Shown in pieces: positions 17,937-27,019 of a stretch of 64,000 nucleotides of DNA. The stretch covers positions 14,034-78,033 of the forward strand of contig CAWDMF010000023.1 of assembly GCA_963803185.1 (NCBI GenBank), in the 5' to 3' direction. Positions within the stretch are counted from its first letter, which is position 1; each line of letters begins with the position of its first letter. Origin of the DNA: an uncultured Gammaproteobacteria bacterium. GTDB lineage: Bacteria > Pseudomonadota > Gammaproteobacteria > SZUA-229. Below the pieces are notes generated by a model. That model was not told the DNA's origin, did no database searches, and saw nothing but the letters and a program-made list of their open reading frames with translations. The translations under genes were made by a program, and so were the position numbers.

Positions 17937-19550
17937 TCACGAAGCTTTTCGTTTACCTTGCTCCAGGTTCTGACTGCTCAGGTACTCTTCATAAGTACCA
18001 CGGAAATCAACAAGTCCTCTTGGCGTCATTTCAATAATACGTGTTGCTAGTGAAGACACGAATTCACGGTCATGGCTGACGAAAAACAGCGTACCGGGAA
18101 AATTGTCCAGTGCCAGGTTAAGTGATTCGATAGATTCCATATCAAGGTGATTGGTAGGCTCATCCATTAACAGTATATTATTGCGTTGCAGCATTAATTT
18201 ACCAAACAGCATACGACCTTGTTCTCCACCAGAGATGACGCTGACTTTTTTATTGATGTCATCGGATGAAAACAATAAACGACCCAGGGTTCCACGTATA
18301 GATTGCTCGTCGTCGTTTTCTTTACCCCAGTAACTCATCCAGTCATAAAGCGTTTTATCCTGTTCGAAGTCAGAGGCGTGATCCTGTGCATAATAACCCA
18401 ACTGTGCATTTTCAGACCATTTTACGGTGCCGGCAGATGCTTCCAGATCACCGTACAGGCATCTAAGCAATGATGTTTTACCAATACCGTTAGGACCGAT
18501 GATGGCAATACGTTCACCGACTTCCACCATGAGGTCGAGATTAGCAAACAGGTAATTATCATCAAAACTTTTTGCCAAACCTTCTACTTCGAGTGCCAGA
18601 CGGTGCAGTTTTTTATCTTCCTCAAAATAAATATAAGGATTTTTGCGACTGGAAGGTTTTACTTCTGCCAGTTGTATTTTGTCTATCTGTTTTGCACGTG
18701 ATGTTGCCTGTTTGGATTTTGAGGCATTTGCAGAGAAGCGGCTAACGAAGGATTTAAGCTCTGCAATCTGGGCTTTTTTCTTTGCATTTTCTGACTGCAA
18801 ACGTTCGGTCACCTGCGTTGATGCAATCATGTAATCGTCATAAGAGCCCGGATACATACGGATTTCACCGTAGTCTAAATCGGCCATGTGAGTGCAGACA
18901 CTGTTTAAGAAGTGTCGGTCATGCGAGATGATTATCATGGTGCAGTTACGCGCATTTAATATATCTTCTAACCAGCGTATGGTATTGATGTCGAGGTTAT
19001 TGGTCGGCTCGTCGAGCAGCATAATGTCAGGCTCGGAAAATAAAACCTGTGCCAGTAATACACGTAATTTCCAGCCGGGTGCAACTTCGCTCATCGGGCC
19101 ATAGTGTTGCTCAATAGGTATGCCTACACCTAATAACAATTCACCCGCGCGTGCTTCGGCAGAGTAACCATCCATTTCGGCAAATTCTGCTTCCAGGTCG
19201 CCAGCACGTATCCCATCGGCTTCAGTCATTTCCGGATTAGCGTAAATCGCATCTTTTTCTGACTTAATGGCCCATAGCTCTTCATGACCCATAAGAACGG
19301 TATCAATAACATTAAATTTTTCGTAGGCAAACTGATCCTGTTTCAATTTTCCGATACGTTCGTCAGGGTCTTTTGAGATATTGCCAGCTGTAGGCTCAAG
19401 ATCATTGCCCAGAATTTTCATAAAGGTTGACTTGCCACAGCCATTGGCACCGATTAAACCATAACGATTGCCATCGCCAAATTTAACAGAGACGTTTTCA
19501 AAGAGTGGCTTTGCGCCAAATTGCATAGTGATGTTTGCGGTTGCTAGCAT
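17937..19550 (-). CDS. ybiT: ABC-F family ATPase (YbiT-like)
   Basis: Two ABC cassettes (Walker [10 protein letters not shown] and GPNGIGKTS, plus an ISGGEQGR signature in the second cassette) with no TM domain. The N-terminus is collinear with E. coli YbiT as recalled. Confidence 0.85.
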   Translation of the reverse strand: MLATANITMQFGAKPLFENVSVKFGDGNRYGLIGANGCGKSTFMKILGNDLEPTAGNISKDPDERIGKLKQDQFAYEKFNVIDTVLMGHEELWAIKSEKDAIYANPEMTEADGIRAGDLEAEFAEMDGYSAEARAGELLLGVGIPIEQHYGPMSEVAPGWKLRVLLAQVLFSEPDIMLLDEPTNNLDINTIRWLEDILNARNCTMIIISHDRHFLNSVCTHMADLDYGEIRMYPGSYDDYMIASTQVTERLQSENAKKKAQIAELKSFVSRFSANASKSKQATSRAKQIDKIQLAEVKPSSRKNPYIYFEEDKKLHRLALEVEGLAKSFDDNYLFANLDLMVEVGERIAIIGPNGIGKTSLLRCLYGDLEASAGTVKWSENAQLGYYAQDHASDFEQDKTLYDWMSYWGKENDDEQSIRGTLGRLLFSSDDINKKVSVISGGEQGRMLFGKLMLQRNNILLMDEPTNHLDMESIESLNLALDNFPGTLFFVSHDREFVSSLATRIIEMTPRGLVDFRGTYEEYLSSQNLEQGKRKAS

Positions 19551-19587
19551 TGTTTTATTCCGGGTAAAAAGGTTTGTTCATTAGTTC

Positions 19588-19666
19588 GTCATTGTGCGCC
19601 TGGCGTGACAATCTCATGCAGATAACGCTGTCGTTAAGGGTGATGGCACGCCTGGCTCACAATGAC
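19588..19666. repeat. Intergenic inverted repeat (gtcattgtg type)
   Basis: gtcattgtgcgcctggcgtg pairs with cacgcctggctcacaatgac across a ~40-nt spacer. Confidence 0.7.
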
Positions 19667-19678
19667 ATAGTTTTTTAT

Positions 19679-21052
19679 TTAAGCTGCATCTCGTGTGCGG
19701 TTCTGGTTGTTTGTACGCTTTTTCCAGACTGATGATTTTTTGTTACCACCCGTATTACCATTTGCATTCGTTTCAGCAGATTTTCTTCTGGCATTTTTTC
19801 CAGGTCGGGGTGATTTATTATTAGCCGGAGGTGCTGAATTTCTCCTGGAAGAGTTTCGTTGCTGACCATGGGCATTATTCCTGCCATTAGTTATTGGCTG
19901 CGCTTTGATAGAAGGATCAGGTTGATAACCTTCGATCACATCTTTCGGGATCTCACGTTTAATGAGTTTTTCGATGTCTTTGAGTAACTTCAGTTCATCA
20001 ATGCACACTAGTGACATAGCCTCACCTTCTTTACCCGCGCGACCGGTGCGACCAATACGGTGAACGTAATCTTCAGGCACATTAGGCAATTCAAAATTAA
20101 CCACATGTGGCAACTGGTCGATATCAATTCCGCGTGCCGCAATATCAGTTGCAACCAGGACACGTGTTAGACCGGCTTTAAAGTCGGCAAGTGCCCGTGT
20201 ACGGGCGCCCTGACTTTTGTTACCATGAATTGCAGCGGCGGTTATGCCATCTTTATTTAATTGCTCAGCAAGTCGGTTGGCACCGTGTTTGGTACGGTTG
20301 AAAACCAGCACCTGTTGCCAGTTATTAGATCCAATAAGGAAAGAGAGCAGTTCACGTTTACGTGTTTTATCGACCGGATGCACTACCTGTGTAACCGTTT
20401 CTGTTGCTGCATTTTGTCTTGACACTTCAATCAGTACTGGTGACTGCATCAGACCATTGGCAAGTTTTTTAATGTCATTAGAGAACGTTGCTGAGAATAA
20501 TAATGTCTGTTTCTTTTTTGGAACTAACGCCAGGACCTTTTTAATGTCGTGAATAAACCCCATGTCAAGCATACGGTCGGCTTCGTCGAGCACCAGGATA
20601 TCAACATTTGAAAGATCAACAGATCGCTGATTAACATGATCCAGCAAACGACCTGGTGTTGCGACCAGCACATCCACACCCTTGATGAGTTTCTGTTTTT
20701 GCGGATTGATGCTGACACCACCAAAAACCACGGTAGAGCGAAGCGGTAGATAACGCCCATAATCGCGTATGCTTTCTGCAACCTGTGCAGCAAGTTCCCG
20801 GGTTGGGGTTAACACCAGTGCGCGAACAGGTCGACGGCCTTTTCGTGGTTTATCGGTCTCTATCAAACGCTGTAATAAGGGCAGAGTAAAACCGGCAGTT
20901 TTACCGGTACCTGTCTGTGCACCACCCATAAGGTCGCGACCTTCCAGCACAACAGGAATTGCCTGTATTTGTATTGGTGTAGGGGTGTCGTAGCCTTTTT
21001 CAGATACAGCACGTTGTAATTCGGCCATCAGGCCGAGGGAATCAAATGACAT
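19679..21052 (-). CDS. rhlE: DEAD-box ATP-dependent RNA helicase RhlE
   Basis: [15 protein letters not shown] and [10 protein letters not shown] motifs, plus a basic Arg/Asn/Lys-rich C-terminal tail. Confidence 0.85.
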   Translation of the reverse strand: MSFDSLGLMAELQRAVSEKGYDTPTPIQIQAIPVVLEGRDLMGGAQTGTGKTAGFTLPLLQRLIETDKPRKGRRPVRALVLTPTRELAAQVAESIRDYGRYLPLRSTVVFGGVSINPQKQKLIKGVDVLVATPGRLLDHVNQRSVDLSNVDILVLDEADRMLDMGFIHDIKKVLALVPKKKQTLLFSATFSNDIKKLANGLMQSPVLIEVSRQNAATETVTQVVHPVDKTRKRELLSFLIGSNNWQQVLVFNRTKHGANRLAEQLNKDGITAAAIHGNKSQGARTRALADFKAGLTRVLVATDIAARGIDIDQLPHVVNFELPNVPEDYVHRIGRTGRAGKEGEAMSLVCIDELKLLKDIEKLIKREIPKDVIEGYQPDPSIKAQPITNGRNNAHGQQRNSSRRNSAPPANNKSPRPGKNARRKSAETNANGNTGGNKKSSVWKKRTNNQNRTRDAA

Positions 21053-21346
21053 TTAAATGTTCTCCAGGGATCGGCCTACTCACATAAATATGTGGATCGG
21101 TCCAGGCGGAAACATATTGGTGTTTCGAGGTAAATCTTGAAGGATTACCGCTTTGAAAAGGTACAGACCGAGGTGCACCAAAAGTGAAGACATATTATAT
21201 ACGAAAAATATATAAAATGTAGGAGATTACAGAGAAATTTAGTGGTAGTGCAGTATTTTGTATAAATCCAGATATTATATATCAATACTATAACTGATTA
21301 ACTGCCTGGGCATTAACGGTCATTTATGGGAGTTCAAAATAAAGTC

Positions 21347-21476
21347 AAAAACGATTCACCATAGAGAACACAGAGAATAATATTTAAGATTTATAGTTAG
21401 CGTCGCAGCAGGCGCGGCTAACTATAAAATTCTTTCTCTGTGTCTTCTGTGATGATAAATGTTTTTTAACTTTTTT
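21347..21476. repeat. Intergenic palindromic element, copy D (arms built of CACAGAGA words)
   Basis: ttcaccatagagaacacagagaat pairs with attctttctctgtgtcttctgtgatga. The central hairpin is tatagttagc...gctaactata, and the right flank is aaatgttttttaactttttt. Confidence 0.8.
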
Positions 21477-21531
21477 GACCGGATAAAATGGCGAGTACAG
21501 TCAGTTAAGCTATTACATAACGAAGAATTGC

Positions 21532-21597
21532 CGTAGGGTGTGCCGTGCGCACCATGAAACATCCATTTATTTTTCGGTGCGCACGGCGCACCCTACG
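21532..21597. repeat. Intergenic inverted repeat (gtagggtg type)
   Basis: cgtagggtgtgccgtgcgcacc pairs with ggtgcgcacggcgcaccctacg, a 22-bp arm with one mismatch. Confidence 0.8.
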
Positions 21598-21658
21598 AAC
21601 TCTGTAACCACTGTGGTGATTTTTGCCTGAGCCCTTGACTGCAACTAATATGTCACAG

Positions 21659-22405
21659 CTAATCCAGATATTCTTTTTGCCATTCTAAATATTTTGCATG
21701 CACCTGATTTGCAAAACTTTCTTTATCCGTATATGTTTCTGGTGAAATGGCATCGTGAACGTAATAATTAACACGATTATTATTGGATTTAAATATTTGC
21801 CAAAGTTTTTGCACTAAGGACTGACCTTTCCACTCAAAAGTTTTCTGATCTATATAGTGTAGAAAAACTGGAAGAATGGGGATGCCGGTTTGCAGAGATA
21901 TATCAAACGCACCGGTATGAAATTTCTTATAGATGCGCGATCCCTTACATCCGCCCTCAGGAAAGATCACAATATTTTTGCCGGCTTTAACCGCATCAAG
22001 CAAAGATTGTAATGCGGCATGTCTGGAACTCGCGCTTTCTCGCTCGACATAAATTGTTCCAGCATAATCACTGATACGTCCTAATACAAACCAGTCACGG
22101 ACACCGGCTTTTGCCAGTGGATATATATCAAACAGGGCAGGTATTCCAAAATCTTCCAGGGCAGAAGGGTGGTTTGCAACAAGAATGTATTGCTTTGGTA
22201 ACGGTTGTCTATTTTTGTGAACGAGGTTTAAGTCAACATCTAATGCGCGCACGAATATTCTGCACCAGAAACGCGACAGAAAGTGATAATAACGGCCAGA
22301 GAAAACGCGCGGTAAATGTGCCAGTAGATACAGCACCAGGCTCAACATTATAAGAATAAGCCATATAATAGGTAAAACAACAATGTTTTTTATGAATTTA
22401 AGCAA
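21659..22405 (-). CDS. PlsC/LPLAT-family acyltransferase, membrane anchored
   Basis: Motifs NHPSALED (H-x4-D/E) and FPEGG, an N-terminal TM helix, and a TTG start. Confidence 0.75.
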   Translation of the reverse strand: MLKFIKNIVVLPIIWLILIMLSLVLYLLAHLPRVFSGRYYHFLSRFWCRIFVRALDVDLNLVHKNRQPLPKQYILVANHPSALEDFGIPALFDIYPLAKAGVRDWFVLGRISDYAGTIYVERESASSRHAALQSLLDAVKAGKNIVIFPEGGCKGSRIYKKFHTGAFDISLQTGIPILPVFLHYIDQKTFEWKGQSLVQKLWQIFKSNNNRVNYYVHDAISPETYTDKESFANQVHAKYLEWQKEYLD

Positions 22406-22535
22406 ATAACCGGTCCTAACATCAGGAATACTCTAAATATAGCAGGGTCGTACATCAGAGGCTGCTTAAATTTTTGTTTAATACAAAACTACAATTATTC
22501 ATTAACAGTCTTTTGACTGCGTATAATGTCAACTG

Positions 22536-23591
22536 TTAGGAGAATTGTTCAACTGTTCTTTTACTCACTCTACGTCCTTCATTTTTTCTTCTATTGCGTG
22601 ATACGCTTTCGCCGAGATGATTGATTAAAGGAAAAGCTACATCCGTTATTTTTCGCCAGTCACCACCACGTGGTGTTAATTTGGTGTTTTTTTTCTGGAT
22701 GGACTTAGTGTCTTTCATTTCTTTTTGCAGGTGCAATAGACGTTCCATTTTTGCCAGATCTTTTTGACTTAGATCCATTGCGGCTTCTAACCAGATATCA
22801 ACAATATCGTACATTTTCTGTTTTTCTACAGGGTGTACAATTTGCCGAATCTTTTTCATTGCTCGAATGGTATTGTGTGACTGATTATGGCTATTGAGGT
22901 AATTCACTGTCGCCTCTACACCTTTGCCATCTTCAGCAAGTACATCAATTACACCCATATCATAAAGCTCTTCTGCCTTGAATGTTCTGCCGCTTAAAAT
23001 TATACGTTCAGCAAGTGCTGAACCGATTCGACGCTCTAGCAGGTTATATGCCCCCATACCTGGGAACAGGTTAAACAAAATTTCAGGAAAACCCATTTGA
23101 GAGCTACGTTCTGCAATAATAACATCACAGGAAAGGGCGGTTTCAAAACCACCACCTAGCGCCTGTCCCTGCACAAGAGAAACCATGGTAATCGGCAGGT
23201 CCAGGTTGTCGATATTACGGTGCAGAAGATTGATGCACTTGTAGGCGTAATCTCTAAGATTTTCTTCTTCCTTGTTGATTATGCAATGTTTAAAGAAGCC
23301 TAAATCGCCACCAAGATTAAAAATGCCCGGTGTTTTTGACGCCAGCACAAGATGACGAAATGGCCATATACTATATGGATGCTGATTTTTATAAGTGTTC
23401 GTTAGTTGCTGCTGTAGTAATACCAGCTCATCAATTAAAGTGGCATTCATGCAGGGACGTGGTTTCGGTTCCATACAGACCCAGATGGCACTGGTCTCGG
23501 AATCATAGCGGGTACTGAATTGTGTATAACCCTGTACGAATTGATGTCTTTTTATCTGATAAATGGTATTGGGTTTATGCTCAATCTTCAT
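22536..23591 (-). CDS. RpfF-like crotonase (DSF-family signal synthase-like) with a ~60-aa basic C-terminal extension
   Basis: The match to Xanthomonas RpfF (recalled sequence) runs along the whole core: IFNLGGDLGFF and LVQGQALGGGFETALSCDVIIAERSSQMGFPEILFNLFPGMGAYNL. Both catalytic Glu positions are conserved. The extra tail is ...KKNTKLTPRGGDWRK...RNRRKNEGRRVSKRTVEQFS. Confidence 0.75.
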   Translation of the reverse strand: MKIEHKPNTIYQIKRHQFVQGYTQFSTRYDSETSAIWVCMEPKPRPCMNATLIDELVLLQQQLTNTYKNQHPYSIWPFRHLVLASKTPGIFNLGGDLGFFKHCIINKEEENLRDYAYKCINLLHRNIDNLDLPITMVSLVQGQALGGGFETALSCDVIIAERSSQMGFPEILFNLFPGMGAYNLLERRIGSALAERIILSGRTFKAEELYDMGVIDVLAEDGKGVEATVNYLNSHNQSHNTIRAMKKIRQIVHPVEKQKMYDIVDIWLEAAMDLSQKDLAKMERLLHLQKEMKDTKSIQKKNTKLTPRGGDWRKITDVAFPLINHLGESVSRNRRKNEGRRVSKRTVEQFS

Positions 23592-23906
23592 CCATATGAC
23601 CTTATTATTATTTTTTTAACATACATGATTCCGGTTACAAGTATAACCTCACTTAAAGTAACAGGTAGTTACTTTTACAAAAGTATACATATTAGTACTG
23701 GATTTAATAAAAAAAATGATAGACTAACTGATAGCAAATTAGTACGATGAAGTCTTTCTAATTATAATTTATTTATTGCTGCGTATTAAAAAGGAGGTAT
23801 ACGAATACTAATGGAATAGTCCGGATATGTTTTATCTGGTTTTACTCGGCAGGCAAATAAATCATTATTTGCCATTATATTTGATGGCCATTACCTAATA
23901 ATAATT

Positions 23907-24134
23907 ATGGTCCTGGATAAAGTAGCTGAAGTTATTGCCAATACTGCACATTGCAAGATAGAGGATGTCACACCTGGAGCCGAACTTAAGGCATTAGGCG
24001 TTGATTCATTAAAAGCAATTACCGTGTTATTCGAGCTTGAAGAAGCTTTTGATATAGAAATTCCTAACGAGATAATTCCGTCTATCGTTACTGTTAATGA
24101 TATTCTGGAAAAAATTCACGACATTCAACATTAA
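23907..24134 (+). CDS. Stand-alone acyl carrier protein
   Basis: 75-aa acidic helical protein with the phosphopantetheine-attachment motif LGVDSL. Confidence 0.8.
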   Translation: MVLDKVAEVIANTAHCKIEDVTPGAELKALGVDSLKAITVLFELEEAFDIEIPNEIIPSIVTVNDILEKIHDIQH

Positions 24135-24694
24135 CAACTCAATATTATCAAGCGCACTATGCAGCTCATTTTCCAGTTCAAGTCTGTCACCTGGCTGATT
24201 TGACATGCCTGGATCATAAAATTGCAGCTGATTTCCACCTGCCTGTTTAGCTCGTTACATTGCAGTGCCTGCATTACGCAATAATATTAATGGTGTAACA
24301 CCATCTGTGGGATATACACGTATTCCTATGCTCGCACCTATGTGTATTTTATGTGAGTGAATGTCAAAAGAATCCGTTAAGCTGTGAATGATTTTATTTG
24401 TTACATAAACTGCTTCGCTATAACTTTTAAGTTTTTCTAGAACAATAACAAATTCATCTCCCCCATTACGAAAGACCGTATCATGGTTACGTAATGTTGT
24501 GTGTAATCGTGAAGCTACTTCCTGTAACAGCTTGTCACCGAAAATATGGCCCAAACTATCATAATGATTTTGAATCGGTCGAGATCAAGAAACAGAATAG
24601 CCATCTGCTATTCATCTCGTGCTGATATTTTAATAGATTGATTGATGCGATCAACAAGCAGGTTCTTATTTGGGAGACCGGTCAGTTCATCATG
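24135..24694 (-). pseudogene. Remnant of a GGDEF(-EAL) diguanylate cyclase gene
   Basis: The reading is [43 protein letters not shown], then a 1-nt gap, then DSLGHIFGDKLL...RNGGDEFVIVL...GASIGIRVYP...LLRNAGTAM*RAKQAGGNQLQFYDPGM...LELENELHSALDNIEL. It contains two nonsense codons and one frameshift. No sensor domain is present and the EAL domain is missing. Confidence 0.75.
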
Positions 24695-24718
24695 GACTTT
24701 CAGTCCATAGTCGTTGAG

Positions 24719-25420
24719 TTAATTGTCTACATCCATATCTTTAATCTGTTCAGGAAGATCCTTTACATTATCCTGCACCTGATCACCCATATCTATTGGA
24801 TTAGGAACCGTCACTTCCGGTGCAGTCCAGCCGCCTGGCATTTCACCCATGCGGCCTGGTGCGTTTATCATGTCATCCCAGCTGTTTTCCCAGTTACGCT
24901 TGCCTGGATTCATCCATGTGCTCGGACCGCTTCTTCCCCAGAACTTATTATTGTTCCAGCGTTTATTACGGCGATAATTGCGATTCGGATTATACCCCGG
25001 CATGCTATACGCTGAGGCGCCATTATCAGGGCCGTAATACGGTCTGCGTGGAGGTGGTGGAAAGCTTCTATTGGGTGGTGCCATGTTTGCATTAGGCCGA
25101 TCCATATTAGGTCGATTTACACCAGTATTTGCAGGACAGGGTGGCCTAAATGCGGGTCGCAGGTGGTGGTGTAAAATTTCTTGGCGGACGGGAATCAAGA
25201 GGTGCTCGATAAGCGTTATTACTTACTGGCCGCTCTGGTCGTGGTGGTGAATAAACAGGTGGTGCGGATCTGTCAGGCGATCGAAAATTAAAGTCAGGTG
25301 CCTGCCAGTAGCTATCACCGGGCTGTTCTGGCATCGCCTGTGATGATGCAAATACGCAAGTGCCGCTTAAAGCAACTACTGCACGGCTGCAACTGTAGAG
25401 GTAAAATATTTAGCTTGCAT
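24719..25420 (-). pseudogene. Gene for a secreted Pro/Asn/Arg-rich low-complexity protein, frame-disrupted twice
   Basis: ATG at 25420 (MQAKYF...). The signal-peptide continuation (..AVVALSGTCVFASSQA) lies in another frame across the homopolymer at 25403..25406. A second shift near 25148..25150 joins ...FTPPPATR to ..RPPCPANTGVNRPN.... The C-terminus is acidic (DLPEQIKDMDVDN). Confidence 0.55.
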
Positions 25421-25522
25421 TATCTATGTGCTCCAAATTGGTCGTTGTATCGCGCAATATATTAGCGCCGTATCAAACGCCACTGCCAGTCATTTTTTCT
25501 GATGCAGGTATGATCCTGTAAA

Positions 25523-26449
25523 TTATGGTTTCTTTGTATTTGATGATGAACCAAACCAGTCTGAAAATTTAAAATCACGTTTATATTCAATTTCTACCGG
25601 TGTTTCCAGCTTGGATTGAAGATGGTTTATATAGGTGGTCATGAAATGATTGCGTAAATTCTGCTCACTGGGAATGTCATTCAAAAAATCGACTGCACGC
25701 ATCATGCTATCCACACCCGTTAGTACCGCGTATTGATTATTCTCAAACAGCACAATTTCCGTTCCCTGATGCCAGAAAATGCTCAGCTTCATTAAATCTA
25801 AGGGATCAACTGGTGGTACCAGTGGCACCATATCTTTGGGTGTTACCAGTCGTTTAATATCCAGATGATTGAATTTTCGACTACCACTGACATTCGTCAC
25901 TTTTGGCTGACCAAATGTAATTACTTCGCCTACATCATATCCCTGTGCATCCAGCATCATGGCTAAAATGAGAGCCGCAGCGCCGCCCAGGCTGTGTCCA
26001 ATGGTATTTATTTTATATTGTGGCTTAATTTTGTCCTGGATCTGCTGGTAAATATCTCTTGCTGACAGCAAAAAACCCTGATGAATGTCGATACCTGAAA
26101 GTTTATCCGGTACTAATACAAAAGCAGCATCAACGACTGCGTTTTCAACATTGGATGTACCGCGTACAGCCAGGATATGTTGTTTGATACTGTCGTTTGT
26201 TGCCAGCACAAAGCCAACTGAATAACCTTCAATTTGTTGCTGCAGGGTTATCTTATACCCTTGTTTATGCAAAACATCAGTAAGCTCTGCTGTTGATTGA
26301 TATGTAGCCTCTGCAATAAAAGCTGCATTTAACCAGTGCGAGAAGTCTTTGGCTGAAAAGGTTTGCTGATTAGCCTGCGCGAAAGATAGCTGAGTAAAAA
26401 CCAGCAAGCTGAATAATAAAGATACAGAATGGTATTTTTTAAATCGCAT
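25523..26449 (-). CDS. Secreted class-3 (triacylglycerol-type) lipase family protein
   Basis: Signal MRFKKYHSVSLLFSLLVFTQLSFA from the ATG at 26449; nucleophile elbow GHSLGGAAA. Confidence 0.8.
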   Translation of the reverse strand: MRFKKYHSVSLLFSLLVFTQLSFAQANQQTFSAKDFSHWLNAAFIAEATYQSTAELTDVLHKQGYKITLQQQIEGYSVGFVLATNDSIKQHILAVRGTSNVENAVVDAAFVLVPDKLSGIDIHQGFLLSARDIYQQIQDKIKPQYKINTIGHSLGGAAALILAMMLDAQGYDVGEVITFGQPKVTNVSGSRKFNHLDIKRLVTPKDMVPLVPPVDPLDLMKLSIFWHQGTEIVLFENNQYAVLTGVDSMMRAVDFLNDIPSEQNLRNHFMTTYINHLQSKLETPVEIEYKRDFKFSDWFGSSSNTKKP

Positions 26450-26496
26450 AGTTTTGTTTTTTAACAGTAGGTTATTGTACATTTGAGTAGGTAATA

Positions 26497-26886
26497 TCAT
26501 GGTTGAATTGCTGGCTTAGCGGTCGCTTTTCGTAACAATGGGTTACAGTTTTTAATAGTTACCTGACCCTGTAATAAGTTGCCGCGTGAATATTCTCTGA
26601 AGTGGCAGGTATTGCTTAGCGGATTGTAATTTTCAATCCATAAATTATCATCTTTCCATGTGGCTGCCAGATGTAATTCATCATCAGGAATCTTGATTGT
26701 CATTACACCGCCATAACGTTTGACAAATACCTGCTGAAAGTGGAAATGGTAAGCCGCAAATCCAATCAGCATGATACTCACAGCAGCAATGGCCGCAATT
26801 TTCCACTGTTCTACTTTGTAACCGATGAAATAAAACAGGCCAAAAGCCAGTGCAATTATCGTGATCCAGTATAAATAGGTAACCAT
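26497..26886 (-). CDS. Small membrane protein with two TM helices, unknown function
   Basis: MVTYLYWITIIALAFGLFYFIGY...IAAIAAVSIMLIGFAAY. The listed longer ORF (to 26979) would read through a terminator hairpin, so I prefer the ATG at 26886. Confidence 0.5.
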   Translation of the reverse strand: MVTYLYWITIIALAFGLFYFIGYKVEQWKIAAIAAVSIMLIGFAAYHFHFQQVFVKRYGGVMTIKIPDDELHLAATWKDDNLWIENYNPLSNTCHFREYSRGNLLQGQVTIKNCNPLLRKATAKPAIQP

Positions 26887-26960
26887 GCGTGTGATCTTTA
26901 TTGGTAGAAATAGTTCGTAATAATATAGGTTTTTATCGCTGATAGAAAATTTATCTACTG

Positions 26961-26999
26961 AAAAACAAAAACCCGGCACGTTAAAAACGCACCGGGTTT
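26961..26999 (-). terminator. Rho-independent terminator after the lipoprotein gene
   Basis: On the minus strand, cccggugcg-uuuuuaa-cgugccggg forms a 9-bp stem including two G-U pairs, followed by tttttgttttt. Confidence 0.55.
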
Positions 27000-27019
27000 C
27001 AACAGTAGAAGCTTTGGTC

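Noticed and set aside
24638-25095. Plus-strand ORFs 24638..25015 and 24820..25095, and minus-strand ORF 24910..25092.
   Set aside because: They are alternate frames of the proline-rich low-complexity gene and show no coding signal of their own.
26887-26979. Longer N-terminus for the small membrane protein (listed start at 26979).
   Set aside because: The extension reads through the terminator hairpin of the upstream gene and has no SD. The internal ATG at 26886 starts directly at TM1.
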